Source: Nitrospirota bacterium
GTDB taxonomy: Bacteria; Nitrospirota; Thermodesulfovibrionia; Thermodesulfovibrionales; Dissulfurispiraceae
Reading direction: 5' to 3'
Assembly: GCA_963790025.1 (NCBI GenBank)
Contig: CAWBMP010000002.1
Coordinates: 352,001 to 416,000 of the forward strand
Length of the DNA: 64,000 nt
Shown: piece by piece, positions 24,060-33,765 of the stretch
How positions within the stretch are numbered: the stretch's first letter is position 1
Layout of the letters: each line of letters starts with the position of its first letter
The notes under the pieces: model-generated
What the model saw: the letters and a program-made list of their open reading frames with translations, nothing else
The model's database searches: none
What the model was told of the DNA's origin: nothing
Translations under genes and position numbers: made by a program

Positions 24060-24725
24060 TTACACCGGAGTCACAATGCCGTTGCTCATTTTCAGCTGGC
24101 GCCCGGTTTGCTTCGCGAGTTCGTTATTGTGAGTTACTATAATAAAAACCGTTCCTTTTTCCTGGTTAATCTTTTTGAAAAAATGAATCATTTCGGCCTC
24201 GGTCTCTTCGTCTAAATCTCCGGTGGGTTCATCGGCCAATACAATCCCTGGGCTGGTTACAAAGGCCCTTGCAATAGCAACTCTCCTCTGCTGGCCCCCA
24301 GAAAGCTGGGATGGATAGGACTTTATTTTATCACTCAGGCCGACAACATCACAGAGATACTTCGCGTAGCTGCCTGCGTCCTCGCCATGCATGCCGAAGG
24401 TCAGCGGGAGTACGATATTTTCGAAAACAGAAAGCGTGGGGATAAGACTCGCAAACTGGTAGATAAAACTGATCGTTTTACTCCTGAAATCCGAAAGAGC
24501 GTCGTCGCTCATAGACCAGATATCGTTTCCATTTATGATGACCGATCCTGAATCCGGTTTTGTAAGCCCCCCGATCAGACTCAGAAGTGTCGTTTTCCCG
24601 CTCCCGGAATGTCCAATTATAGATACCAACTCACCGGGACTCACCGTAAAGACCGCCTTATCTACAGCCGCGACTTTTTTCCCTGCAATCGTATACTTCT
24701 TGGTAACGTCCTTAATTTCTATCAT
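24060..24725 (-). CDS. ABC transporter ATP-binding protein (LolD/MacB-like)
   Basis: GHSGSGKTT, LSGGQQRRVAIAR, LADEPTGDLD. Confidence 0.95.
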   Translation of the reverse strand: MIEIKDVTKKYTIAGKKVAAVDKAVFTVSPGELVSIIGHSGSGKTTLLSLIGGLTKPDSGSVIINGNDIWSMSDDALSDFRSKTISFIYQFASLIPTLSVFENIVLPLTFGMHGEDAGSYAKYLCDVVGLSDKIKSYPSQLSGGQQRRVAIARAFVTSPGIVLADEPTGDLDEETEAEMIHFFKKINQEKGTVFIIVTHNNELAKQTGRQLKMSNGIVTPV

Positions 24726-25372
24726 TATTCCTTTCCAGTCTTTTCTATCTCTTTCATCAGCACTTCGGCTGCGCCGGTGTCGATGTCTTTTAAAGCCTCA
24801 TATTCCCGCATCGCAGCTTTCCTGTCTTTTACTTTCAGATACGTTATTCCAAGATTGAGTCGCGCCGTCACATAGCGAGGACGCAACTGCACGGCTTTCT
24901 TCAACACAGATATTTCTTCGCGGTCCCTGCCCAGTTTTCCGTATGCTATTCCAAGGTTATTGTATGCCACCGGATAGGCCGGCATATAATGTACCGCTTT
25001 TTTTAAGGCCGTCACTGCTTCGCCCGGCTGCCCTATCCGGTCATATGCCGTTCCCATTTTTAAATATACATACCCCTGTGCAGGTCTCAGCTTAGACACT
25101 TTTTTATAGGCATCGATCGCTTCGGGATATTGACCGTCACGTTCATATAAATCTGCCAGACGGAACCAGGCATCAGCGTCTTCGGGATGCTCTGCAGCAT
25201 TTTTCTTTGCATCGGAAAGAATCGTATCAACCGCATAAGGATTGAAAGCCGGTCCCTGATTTTTTTCAGCCGGTGTCTCTTCTTTTTTACAGGAATAAGA
25301 TAGTGCCGTTCCGAATAAAAACAGAAATAAAAGAGCAATGGCCGCTGCCCTGTTCAGTATACATTTTTTCAT
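24725..25372 (-). CDS. Exported TPR-repeat protein, possibly a lipoprotein
   Basis: Signal peptide ending ..LSYSC; TPR repeats (AWFRLA, AYNNLGIAY, ARLNLGITY). Confidence 0.85.
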   Translation of the reverse strand: MKKCILNRAAAIALLFLFLFGTALSYSCKKEETPAEKNQGPAFNPYAVDTILSDAKKNAAEHPEDADAWFRLADLYERDGQYPEAIDAYKKVSKLRPAQGYVYLKMGTAYDRIGQPGEAVTALKKAVHYMPAYPVAYNNLGIAYGKLGRDREEISVLKKAVQLRPRYVTARLNLGITYLKVKDRKAAMREYEALKDIDTGAAEVLMKEIEKTGKE

Positions 25373-25836
25373 CTCGTACCTCCGGACTCGGGGTAAAGCT
25401 CCAAAAGCCTCGCTTTCATCAGTCCAAAGGCGGCAGCGAAATCCACGGGATTGCCCCACTTCCCGGCTTCGGCGTCAGTCCTGAAGGCCGCTATGCTCCA
25501 TGACATCGGGGTATCAAATTTCTTGCTTCGGACATACCGGGCCTTCCTGCCGTCGATCCATGCGCCGCCCGCATAATCTTTCACATATACAGCCCGGATC
25601 GCGTTCTTCGATGTCCTGAAATGATAAAGCATATCCCCCAAATCGCAAAAAAACAATTTCCTGCCTTTTTCATCAATGACCTCGTTAGCAAATTTCGAGT
25701 TGCGGTCAACAGCCATCCCGCATTCATCGCAGTGTTTTCCCTCAGGTATCGCCACAGGTTGCGCATATACCACAGAAAAAAAACAGGCAAAAACTAAGAC
25801 ACAACCTATACCTGTACCTTTTATTCGTGATTTCAT
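25369..25836 (-). CDS. NosL-family copper chaperone-like protein
   Basis: CDECGM, FFCDLGDM, YVKDY, WIDG, TPM..IAAF. Confidence 0.9.
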   Translation of the reverse strand: MKSRIKGTGIGCVLVFACFFSVVYAQPVAIPEGKHCDECGMAVDRNSKFANEVIDEKGRKLFFCDLGDMLYHFRTSKNAIRAVYVKDYAGGAWIDGRKARYVRSKKFDTPMSWSIAAFRTDAEAGKWGNPVDFAAAFGLMKARLLELYPESGGTR

Positions 25837-25837
25837 T

Positions 25838-27046
25838 TCACTCTCCTCTACGTATGGCCTCATACGGCTCCATTCTGCTTGCTATCATCGCGGGCATCAG
25901 GGACGATAGGAGTCCAGTAATCACAGAAAAAAGCAGAGCGCCGGCCACCAATTCCGCAAGCACGACCGGGGGTGGCAAAAGATACGGTAATTTAAGACTG
26001 TTCAAGATAAAAGATTTGAATGTCAGCAGGATTGCCGAGCCTCCGATCAACCCGCATATGCCGCCTGCTATAGAAATGATAATCGCTTCCGCAATAATAA
26101 GCCCGAAAATATGCCTTTTCTTCGCCCCCATGGCCCTCAAGAGACCAATTTCACGCTGTCTCTCATTCACTATCATATAAAAAGCAAATCCCATCATAAG
26201 AAGCGCCAGCACCCACACAACGGCGCTTATAATAATTATGCCATTAAGAAGTCCGCTCAACTGTTTCCTCACTGTGTTCAATACTTCATCAGAGGCAATA
26301 GCCTTAACCCCATCAATGTCGTGGTCTATTCTGATAGCGACCCTGTCCGGAGCATCGTCACTTTGGACCTTGACCAGCACTGCCGATATTTTGTCTCTGC
26401 CTATGTCGATCGGCTGCATGGATCTGGTCTTCGAATTTGCAGCCATTGCATAGGCAGCATCCAGTGACATGAAAACCGTACGGTCAAAAAATTTCATTCC
26501 TGTAGGTTCCAGGGTGCCTGCTACAGTGAAAGGCGTCCCGTAAAATGGGATCGTATCTCCCACGATCACAGGCACGCTCCTGCCGGTTATAACCTCGCTG
26601 ACGCTCAAAGGCTTCTTCATATTTTTTTCAAGCCATGGGGCTATAGTAAAGTCCGTGAGAGGATCGAAAGCCACGAGAAAGACATCAACATTATAACAGC
26701 AGGTAAAGGAGGTCGGTTTAATAAAAAGCTGCGGGGTCGCCTCCTTAACACCATCAATATGCCTGACTTTGTCAAGCACGGACTTGTCCATATAAAAACT
26801 GGCCGGTTCGCCTGCAAGCAATGCCGAACGGGCCTCGGAGACATTTTTCTCAGGGACAACGAGGATGTCCGCGCCGAGCCGATACGTCCCGATCTTCAGT
26901 GCGTTCTGCATACTCGATATGAAGAGCGTCGCAGCAAATATGGTTCCGGTAACCACAGTCACCGCCAGGAGAAGCAGCAAGGTCCTGATAATTTTTCTGC
27001 TCAGATTTTTGACCGCAATCGAAAATATAGTTAATCGTGTCTTCAT
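25838..27046 (-). CDS. ABC permease, FtsX/MacB family
   Basis: RLGADILVVP, ERQREIGLLRAMGA, C-terminal TM helices; CC motif in the periplasmic part. Confidence 0.92.
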   Translation of the reverse strand: MKTRLTIFSIAVKNLSRKIIRTLLLLLAVTVVTGTIFAATLFISSMQNALKIGTYRLGADILVVPEKNVSEARSALLAGEPASFYMDKSVLDKVRHIDGVKEATPQLFIKPTSFTCCYNVDVFLVAFDPLTDFTIAPWLEKNMKKPLSVSEVITGRSVPVIVGDTIPFYGTPFTVAGTLEPTGMKFFDRTVFMSLDAAYAMAANSKTRSMQPIDIGRDKISAVLVKVQSDDAPDRVAIRIDHDIDGVKAIASDEVLNTVRKQLSGLLNGIIIISAVVWVLALLMMGFAFYMIVNERQREIGLLRAMGAKKRHIFGLIIAEAIIISIAGGICGLIGGSAILLTFKSFILNSLKLPYLLPPPVVLAELVAGALLFSVITGLLSSLMPAMIASRMEPYEAIRRGE

Positions 27047-27086
27047 AAAAAACCTTTACCGCCTCGCCCAATCTTAATTTATACAG

Positions 27087-27120
27087 AAAAAAGAGGGGCA
27101 TAAGTCATTATGCCCCTCTT
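27087..27120 (-). terminator. Intrinsic terminator after the beta-propeller gene
   Basis: 13-bp stem AAGAGGGGCATAA/TTATGCCCCTCTT followed by a U run on the minus strand. Confidence 0.85.
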
Positions 27121-27142
27121 CCGTAATAATTGTCCAATAAGA

Positions 27143-28270
27143 CTATTTACCAGGATTCCAGTCAATCTCCAGACCGCAAAGGAGCGGAGACCCCTTGTCG
27201 ACCTTGACCTCTATTCCATTGGCTTTGTGGCAGGAGGCGCATGCCGAAACCCTGCGCACAATATTGGCATTCCTTAAATCCATGACGTCGAGTGTGCTGT
27301 CATCGGCATATGTCCTGGAGGTAAGGAACGCATATTTCCCGTCCTTCGTAAATGCAAAGTCGTGCGGTCTGATATTATCAGGCAGGATAATCCTCTTTAT
27401 TATCTTATCGGTCTTTGTATCGATAACAATGATCTGGCTCTTATGCGTCCCCGGCTTCAGGCCTGGATCATACTCATTGGGAGCGCTGACCCACAGATAT
27501 TTACCGTCGGGCGTCATGCGCGTCTGGTGAATAAATGTCATCTCAGGGCTTTTTATCTCTTTTATCGGCTTTTTCGTCTTCCAATTATATACATAGACGA
27601 TACCTGTCGGCATATCGGTTATGTACGCCTTTTTATTATTTTTGGTCCACTGGATGCCGCATACCGCTTTACCCACCGGCATTTTATCCGCTGTTTTTAA
27701 CTTTTTGGCATCCCATACATATACATTGCCGTCAGCCATGTCTTCCAGATAGACCTTGCCGTCAGGACCTACAATAGCCCCGCAGAACTTTTCTCCAACG
27801 TGGAAGGGCCCTTCTTTTTTTCCTGATGCCATGTCAATTTTATAGACATCGCCGCTCAATGTGCCGGCAATCATTACTTTCTTCCCCTTCTCGGTGATAA
27901 GCGCCTGACCGTGCGTGCCGCCGGCCTTCTTGACCTCCTCAAAGCTCATTCCGGCAATCTTTCCTTCCATCTCCGAGCCGGCCTCGACAAGTACAATTCT
28001 GTCTTTTTCGACATCCATCGGAGGCTTCATGGTCCGCATATCGATAATAGCTACATGTCCGCCATGACCTGCGATATAGCCAACAGCATTGAAAGTGACA
28101 TTTTTTTCCGGCGTGATCACTTTGGCATCTATGGTATCACCGGGTGCGGTATAACATGATTCGCCACTCATATCGACGGCAGCAATGCCGTTCTTAGGAG
28201 CACTGCCAAACACTATAAGCCCTGCTATAACCATAGAACCTGCTACTAAAACCGCCAGTTTTTGCCTCAT
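27143..28270 (-). CDS. Exported YncE/YVTN-like beta-propeller with a C-terminal CxxCH motif
   Basis: Signal peptide; blade repeats (PDGKVY, TPDGKYLW, TKDGKYAF, VIDTKT); CASCH. Confidence 0.85.
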   Translation of the reverse strand: MRQKLAVLVAGSMVIAGLIVFGSAPKNGIAAVDMSGESCYTAPGDTIDAKVITPEKNVTFNAVGYIAGHGGHVAIIDMRTMKPPMDVEKDRIVLVEAGSEMEGKIAGMSFEEVKKAGGTHGQALITEKGKKVMIAGTLSGDVYKIDMASGKKEGPFHVGEKFCGAIVGPDGKVYLEDMADGNVYVWDAKKLKTADKMPVGKAVCGIQWTKNNKKAYITDMPTGIVYVYNWKTKKPIKEIKSPEMTFIHQTRMTPDGKYLWVSAPNEYDPGLKPGTHKSQIIVIDTKTDKIIKRIILPDNIRPHDFAFTKDGKYAFLTSRTYADDSTLDVMDLRNANIVRRVSACASCHKANGIEVKVDKGSPLLCGLEIDWNPGK

Positions 28271-28283
28271 GCTTCCCCCATTC

Positions 28284-28379
28284 TTATGTATTGTTTTCGT
28301 TTTTCTGCTGTACTGCACACGCCGAAGCCGCCGTGCTGCCCCCATAAGAACAGAGAACAGCCCTGAACACTTTACTCAT
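28284..28379 (-). CDS. Putative 31-aa small ORF at the head of the operon
   Basis: GGAGGTGA SD then MSKVFRAVLCSYGGSTAASACAVQQKNENNT*. Confidence 0.45.
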   Translation of the reverse strand: MSKVFRAVLCSYGGSTAASACAVQQKNENNT

Positions 28380-28406
28380 CTCACCTCCTTCCACTCTCCT
28401 GTAACT

Positions 28407-28435
28407 ATCTTAAAATATTAACTCTTTTGTGTCAA
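28407..28435 (-). promoter_or_regulatory. Sigma70-type promoter
   Basis: TTGACA-17 nt-TAAGAT on the minus strand. Confidence 0.7.
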
Positions 28436-28460
28436 GTATCTAGCAATTGATTGTAACTGG

Positions 28461-29027
28461 CTACTTATTAGCAGTGATAAAGTCGTTGACAGTAAAAATA
28501 TCGTATACCGGATACCCCAAAGCCTCAATGTTTTGTCTGCCGTTCTGTTCGCACCGGTCAACAAGCACAATGACGGCATCTATAATCAGACCGTATTCTC
28601 TGGACACTTTTATGGCCTTTATTGTAGAGCCTCCGGTGGTTACTACATCATCGATGACGATGACATGGTCTCCAGCCTTTACATTGCCTTCAATGGGCAA
28701 CCTCAATCCGTGCTCCTTCGGCTCTTTACGGATAACAAATGCCTGAATCGGCTCTTTAGAATAATACGAATGCATGGCAACTGCATAAGCTATCGGGTCG
28801 GCCCCCATTGTCAGCCCGCCTATGGCATCGGGAGACAGTTTCAGTTCTTTGATTTTTTCAAATACCAGCTTGCCTACGAGGTACATACCGTCAGGGGACT
28901 GCGTCGTTTTTTTCATGTTGAAATAAAAACTGCTTACCCCACCGGAAGTAAGTTTGAATACAGGTTCCATGCTGTACTGAAAGGAACGCTCCTTTATTAT
29001 CTCAATAAGGGTGTTTTTATCATTCAT
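28461..29027 (-). CDS. pyrE: Orotate phosphoribosyltransferase
   Basis: FKLTSG, GGLTMGADPI, IRKEPKEHG, VIDDVVTTGGS. Confidence 0.96.
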   Translation of the reverse strand: MNDKNTLIEIIKERSFQYSMEPVFKLTSGGVSSFYFNMKKTTQSPDGMYLVGKLVFEKIKELKLSPDAIGGLTMGADPIAYAVAMHSYYSKEPIQAFVIRKEPKEHGLRLPIEGNVKAGDHVIVIDDVVTTGGSTIKAIKVSREYGLIIDAVIVLVDRCEQNGRQNIEALGYPVYDIFTVNDFITANK

Positions 29028-29111
29028 AGCTTAAAAATGTAACAAAACAGATACATAAAAATCAAATAGATAAAGGTTGCATGTTTATTTATCATTTTGC
29101 TTTAATATTGC

Positions 29112-29792
29112 ATGCAGACTATGCCGGATGAAAAAACTTTTTCGCTATTAGCGGTATTACAGGAAGTTAACAACAGGGAATTCAGGAAGCGACTTGAAGA
29201 CTTTCCCGAGAAAATGCACTATTATGCGCTGGTGGCCAGTAGTATTATAGGGGCGGAAAATTCAAAAAGGATATCTGAGACCCCTTCCGGTGTCGCCGAG
29301 CAGAGCAAGGCGTTCGTATCGGACTTGCTGAATATGAAGCCGGTCGATGACGATGATGCTTTCAGGGAAATGCTCGAAGTCTACATCGTAAAAACGCTGG
29401 AGAGCGAGTTGAGGTTTTGCTGCTTAAACTGCAAGAATTTCGAGCAGTGCCTGGATGTAGAAAATCTTTCAGTCGGGCAGCTTTTTAAAAAACGCGTTCT
29501 CGGTGATGACACGACAAAGACAAGAATGGAAATATCACTCCTGGTCGAAGAAGCACTCCGGAATACTCCTTATATTAACTCTGACGACGGGCATCTCTTA
29601 TGCAGCAAATTCGAGCACCAGTACACGGCCTCGAATATAGGCGAAGTCTTCGGACGCTATGCGGCAATAGCAGCGGACCTTAAAGAGAAATTCGGCATCG
29701 ACTATATAGCGTTCCAGCAGCAGATACTGGAGATCAATACATCTTTCTTAAAAAATTACAGTGAGCAGGCAAGAAATGCACAAAGAACATAG
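29112..29792 (+). CDS. Hypothetical protein with a Cys cluster
   Basis: 226-aa ORF divergent from pyrE; CCLNCKNFEQC...C. Confidence 0.75.
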   Translation: MQTMPDEKTFSLLAVLQEVNNREFRKRLEDFPEKMHYYALVASSIIGAENSKRISETPSGVAEQSKAFVSDLLNMKPVDDDDAFREMLEVYIVKTLESELRFCCLNCKNFEQCLDVENLSVGQLFKKRVLGDDTTKTRMEISLLVEEALRNTPYINSDDGHLLCSKFEHQYTASNIGEVFGRYAAIAADLKEKFGIDYIAFQQQILEINTSFLKNYSEQARNAQRT

Positions 29793-29809
29793 GATGTACA
29801 TCCTATGTT

Positions 29810-31022
29810 CTACAGTCCCTTCTTTCTCCGGATCAAGTCATGCCTTCTGACTCCCTGCGGAACATTGATTCTGATAACACCTTCATTCCTTGCTGACATA
29901 ATAGCAACACCTTCGCCATCAAACATTGACTCAACAGAGAAATGTTGACCCTCAAGTCCCGGAGTAAGGTATTCTATATCGTCTCCTTTATCAAGCCTGT
30001 TCCTGAGGGCTATTTTTGCAGATCCTCCGTTCACTTCCACTACCACACCCACCAGTTCATGGCTCATACGGTAACTTTCACCATCAAAATTATAATCGGC
30101 ATCCGGCTGTTTTCCAAAAAACATGCCGGTCGTATATCCCCTGCTGCTGAACATGGAAAGTTCGTCCACCCAGCTTTTCCTGACACTATAATCCCCGCTT
30201 CCCCCGATTGAATCGATTGCTTCCCTGTAAACTTTCACCACACCGGCAACATAATTTATGCCTTTCATCCTGCCTTCTATTTTGAAACTGTCCACTCCAG
30301 CTCCCATGAGAAGATCAAGGTGCGGCAGCATGCAGAGGTCCTTTGAACTCATGAGATAGGTGCCCCGGCTGTCCTCTAAAACCGGGAAATATTCTCCGGG
30401 GCGCTTCTCCTCCAGCAAGGCATAGTTCCACCTGCAGGAATTAGTGCATTCGCCCCTGTTGGCTCCGCGGGATGCAAGGAAACTGCTGATATAACACCGA
30501 CCCGAATAGGATATGCAAATTGAGCCGTGGACAAAAACTTCAAGCTCGACTGAAACCTTTTCCCTGATTTCGCCTATTTCTTCCACAGTCAGTTCCCTGG
30601 AAAGCACAAGACGCTTTGCGCCGCAGTCCTCCCAGAACCGTGCAGCGGCACAATTTGTGATATTTGCCTGGGTGCTGATATGAAGAGGAATGGCCGGCGC
30701 GGTTTTTTTGAATAAAGCACAGATACCCGGGTCGGAAACAATAACAGCATCGGGGCGGAAATCCATAAGCTGTTCAATATGCTCCTCTATGGCAGGCAGA
30801 ATCTTTGTTGTGGGGGAAAATATTGACCGTTACATACACGCGAACACCTTTCTTCCGCGCATATGCAACGGCAGCGCGCACCTCCTCGCTGCCAAAATTC
30901 CCGGCTTTGCTTCTCAGGCTAAACCCGGAATCACCCAGGTATACCGCATCAGCCCCATAGTGAATTGCCGTCTTCATCTTCTCGAAATCTCCGGCAGGGG
31001 CGAGCAATTCAGGCTTTTTCAC
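29810..31022 (-). pseudogene. U32 family (TrhP/YegQ-like) gene split by a 1-nt insertion near 30800 (or a sequence error)
   Basis: [17 protein letters not shown] in one frame; HISTQAN, EVFVHGSICISYSGRC, NRGECTNSCR, FKIEGR in the next. Confidence 0.9.
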
Positions 31023-31482
31023 GGTATATTCGCTCCCTGCATATTTCAATGGCGTTCCGTGCGAGTTGGTCACACCGTTCATTCTCATAATGCCCGTTGT
31101 GTCCCTTGATCCACGTCCATTCAATTTCATGGGTCGCTGATGCATTAATAAGTCTCTCCCAGAGATCTCTGTTGAGAACGTCCTTCTTTTGAGAGTTTTT
31201 CCAGCTATTCTTTATCCATCCCCTGATCCATTCAGTCATGCCCTTTACTACATAATTCGAGTCGCTTATCACCCTGACCCTGCACGGTTTCTTAAGCACT
31301 TCAAGGGCGGTAATAACACCGAGCAGTTCCATTCTATTATTCGTTGTCATCGCCTCGCAGCCGGACAGCTCTTTTTCTTTTGCTCCTGCCCGCAAGATAG
31401 CACCGTATCCGCCGACGCCGGGATTTCCGCTGCAGGCGCCGTCAGCATAAATTTCGACAAAAGGCAATTTATCACTTTTCAT
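31009..31482 (-). CDS. rnhA: Ribonuclease HI
   Basis: [32 protein letters not shown]. Confidence 0.97.
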   Translation of the reverse strand: MKSDKLPFVEIYADGACSGNPGVGGYGAILRAGAKEKELSGCEAMTTNNRMELLGVITALEVLKKPCRVRVISDSNYVVKGMTEWIRGWIKNSWKNSQKKDVLNRDLWERLINASATHEIEWTWIKGHNGHYENERCDQLARNAIEICRERIYREKA

Positions 31483-31689
31483 GCGTATATATTATAACTC
31501 AAAGGCCCCCTTGAGCCGCAAAACTCTATCTATTGTCTGATTGATAGTGACGTATAACCGCAAGAGGAATGTGATATACTGTATGAAGAGAATTTTGGCT
31601 TTTTCAGAACGCGATTATGCGGCAATGTCGTAGCGCGAACTGCGGCCCATCACGATTAATATGGAAAAACTGATTTAGGAGGATTGAAA

Positions 31690-32205
31690 ATGAAAACTAC
31701 GGGCAGGGTTCCCGGTCTCGTACTTCTGGCGATTATGTCATTGGCTTTGCTCGGCGGGTGCAGCACGATAGATATTTCGGACATCAGTGCTTATGACAAA
31801 TATTATACCGATTCAACCGCAGAGCGGACCAGAGGTATATCACCGAAGTTCGTTTTCTATGTGCCGTACAGACAATTCAAAATCTCCCAGTTTGCCACCG
31901 GTGACACAACCCCGATTCTCGATGCCCTGAAAACAGTTTTTGGCGAAGCTATTTCTTTCGAGAAATCAAATTCGACGTCCTATGTCGTTGATGTGAAGAG
32001 CGTTGAGGAATGGAAAGACGACGGGTTTACTGCGAAGAGCAGGATTGTTGCTGATTTCACAGCCAAAGGTAAAATAGAGGAACTCACTGTAGAGTACAAT
32101 ATGGAAGATAGGGGCCTTAGTCTCGAGAATGTTTACAAACTATACCGCGCTGCCGCCCTGGACCTGGCAAATCAGATAAAGAACCGGATGGGCCCGCAGC
32201 TGTAA
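31690..32205 (+). CDS. Hypothetical lipoprotein
   Basis: AGGAGG SD; lipobox-like LLGGC. Confidence 0.75.
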   Translation: MKTTGRVPGLVLLAIMSLALLGGCSTIDISDISAYDKYYTDSTAERTRGISPKFVFYVPYRQFKISQFATGDTTPILDALKTVFGEAISFEKSNSTSYVVDVKSVEEWKDDGFTAKSRIVADFTAKGKIEELTVEYNMEDRGLSLENVYKLYRAAALDLANQIKNRMGPQL

Positions 32206-32263
32206 TAGAGCAGAGCATATCGGCATTATCTTCTTTTCCCGCAGAGAAAAGGCTGAAAAATTT

Positions 32264-33499
32264 ATGCGAAGCAGTCTCAAAAGGTCAGATGATATAACTA
32301 CGTGGGCTTCAAGAGACGCGAAGCGCACCGTCTTCGAGGTGCTCGGCGCTATCAGTTTTTCTCACTTCCTGAACGACACTATCCAATCATTGATCCTTGC
32401 AATTTATCCGCTTCTCAAGGTCAAGTTCCAGCTAAGTTTCGCCCAGATCGGACTAATTACACTTAGCTACCAGCTCACAGCTTCTCTGCTCCAGCCTATG
32501 GTCGGATTCTACACCGACCATCATCCAAAACCGTATTCATTGGCCTTCGGAATGGGATGCACGCTGGTTGGTCTTCTGGTCCTGGGTGTTGCTCCGAACT
32601 ATGGCACGCTTCTCCTTGCTGCTGCGCTTGTGGGAACAGGATCGTCGATTTTCCACCCCGAGTCCTCGCGTGTTGCCCGCATGGCGTCGGGTGGACAGCA
32701 CGGGCTGGCACAGTCGATCTTCCAGGTCGGCGGAAATACGGGTACTGCAATGGGCCCCCTTATGGCCGCGTGGATAGTCATACCGCATGGGCAGGGCAGC
32801 GTTGCATGGTTCTCGCTCGTCGCTCTGATTGCTATCGCGGTGCTCTGGAAAGTGGGCGGCTGGTACAGGGACCGCCAGGCGCATGCAGTTCACAGCGCTA
32901 CCCGGAAGGAGCAGCACCCGGTTTTGCCGACCCGCACCGTCTTTCTGTCCATGCTTGTCCTGCTGGTTCTGATGTTCTCGAAGTTTTTTTACCTGGCGAG
33001 TCTCAGCAGCTATTATACATTTTACCTCATGCACCGGTTCCACCTGACCATCCGGTCTGCACAAGTGCATCTTTTCGTGTTCCTGTTCGCCGTTGCAGCG
33101 GGCACTCTTTTTGGCGGTCCTATCGGCGACCGCATCGGCAGAAAGCGCGTCATCTGGATATCGATCCTGGGCGCGGCGCCTTTCGCCCTGGCACTGCCTT
33201 ATGCAAATCTGGCGTGGACCGGCATCTTTTCTTTTGTTATTGGATTCATTCTCGCTTCTGCCTTCTCGGCCATCCTGGTGTTTGCGCAGGAACTAATTCC
33301 TGGTAAAGTGGGAACGGTCTCAGGCCTGTTCTTCGGCCTGGCTTTTGGTATGGCTGGAATCGGCGCCGCAGTAATAGGCAGACTCGCTGATCGGCATGGC
33401 ATTGAATTCGTATACCACGTGTGCTCCTATCTGCCCTTGCTCGGCATTTTTACCGCATTCTTACCTGACCTCAGACGCCGGTTTGCATCAGTGCAGTAG
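32264..33499 (+). CDS. MFS transporter, fosmidomycin-resistance (Fsr) family
   Basis: SHFLND, SIFHPESSR, AQSIFQVGGN, GGPIGDRIGRK. Confidence 0.9.
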   Translation: MRSSLKRSDDITTWASRDAKRTVFEVLGAISFSHFLNDTIQSLILAIYPLLKVKFQLSFAQIGLITLSYQLTASLLQPMVGFYTDHHPKPYSLAFGMGCTLVGLLVLGVAPNYGTLLLAAALVGTGSSIFHPESSRVARMASGGQHGLAQSIFQVGGNTGTAMGPLMAAWIVIPHGQGSVAWFSLVALIAIAVLWKVGGWYRDRQAHAVHSATRKEQHPVLPTRTVFLSMLVLLVLMFSKFFYLASLSSYYTFYLMHRFHLTIRSAQVHLFVFLFAVAAGTLFGGPIGDRIGRKRVIWISILGAAPFALALPYANLAWTGIFSFVIGFILASAFSAILVFAQELIPGKVGTVSGLFFGLAFGMAGIGAAVIGRLADRHGIEFVYHVCSYLPLLGIFTAFLPDLRRRFASVQ

Positions 33500-33765
33500 A
33501 AGACCTTGAGGAGGGAATCGAGATTATACGCGAAATTAAAAAAACGGAAAAGTCTTTTTCATCTGATGCCGTATGCTTCAAAATACATTGCGAATTACTT
33601 CTTCTAAAGCTTTCATTTTTTGAATTCCAATCTGGCAGGAAATGACCATAATGACCATTTCCCGCCGGATTTTGGAGAGCAAAATTTTTTTTCTTCCCGA
33701 GTTTTCAAAATATGATATACTGCTTCAGATATCAGCCGGCACTCTGCCACAAAAGGGAACGCAGC

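Noticed and set aside
27143..28270. nosZ or nirS call for the propeller
   Set aside because: Too short, no CuA domain, and the CxxCH is C-terminal rather than in an N-terminal cytochrome domain
33626..33676. Imperfect hairpin upstream of the Pat-like gene
   Set aside because: Single copy; no family or function can be supported
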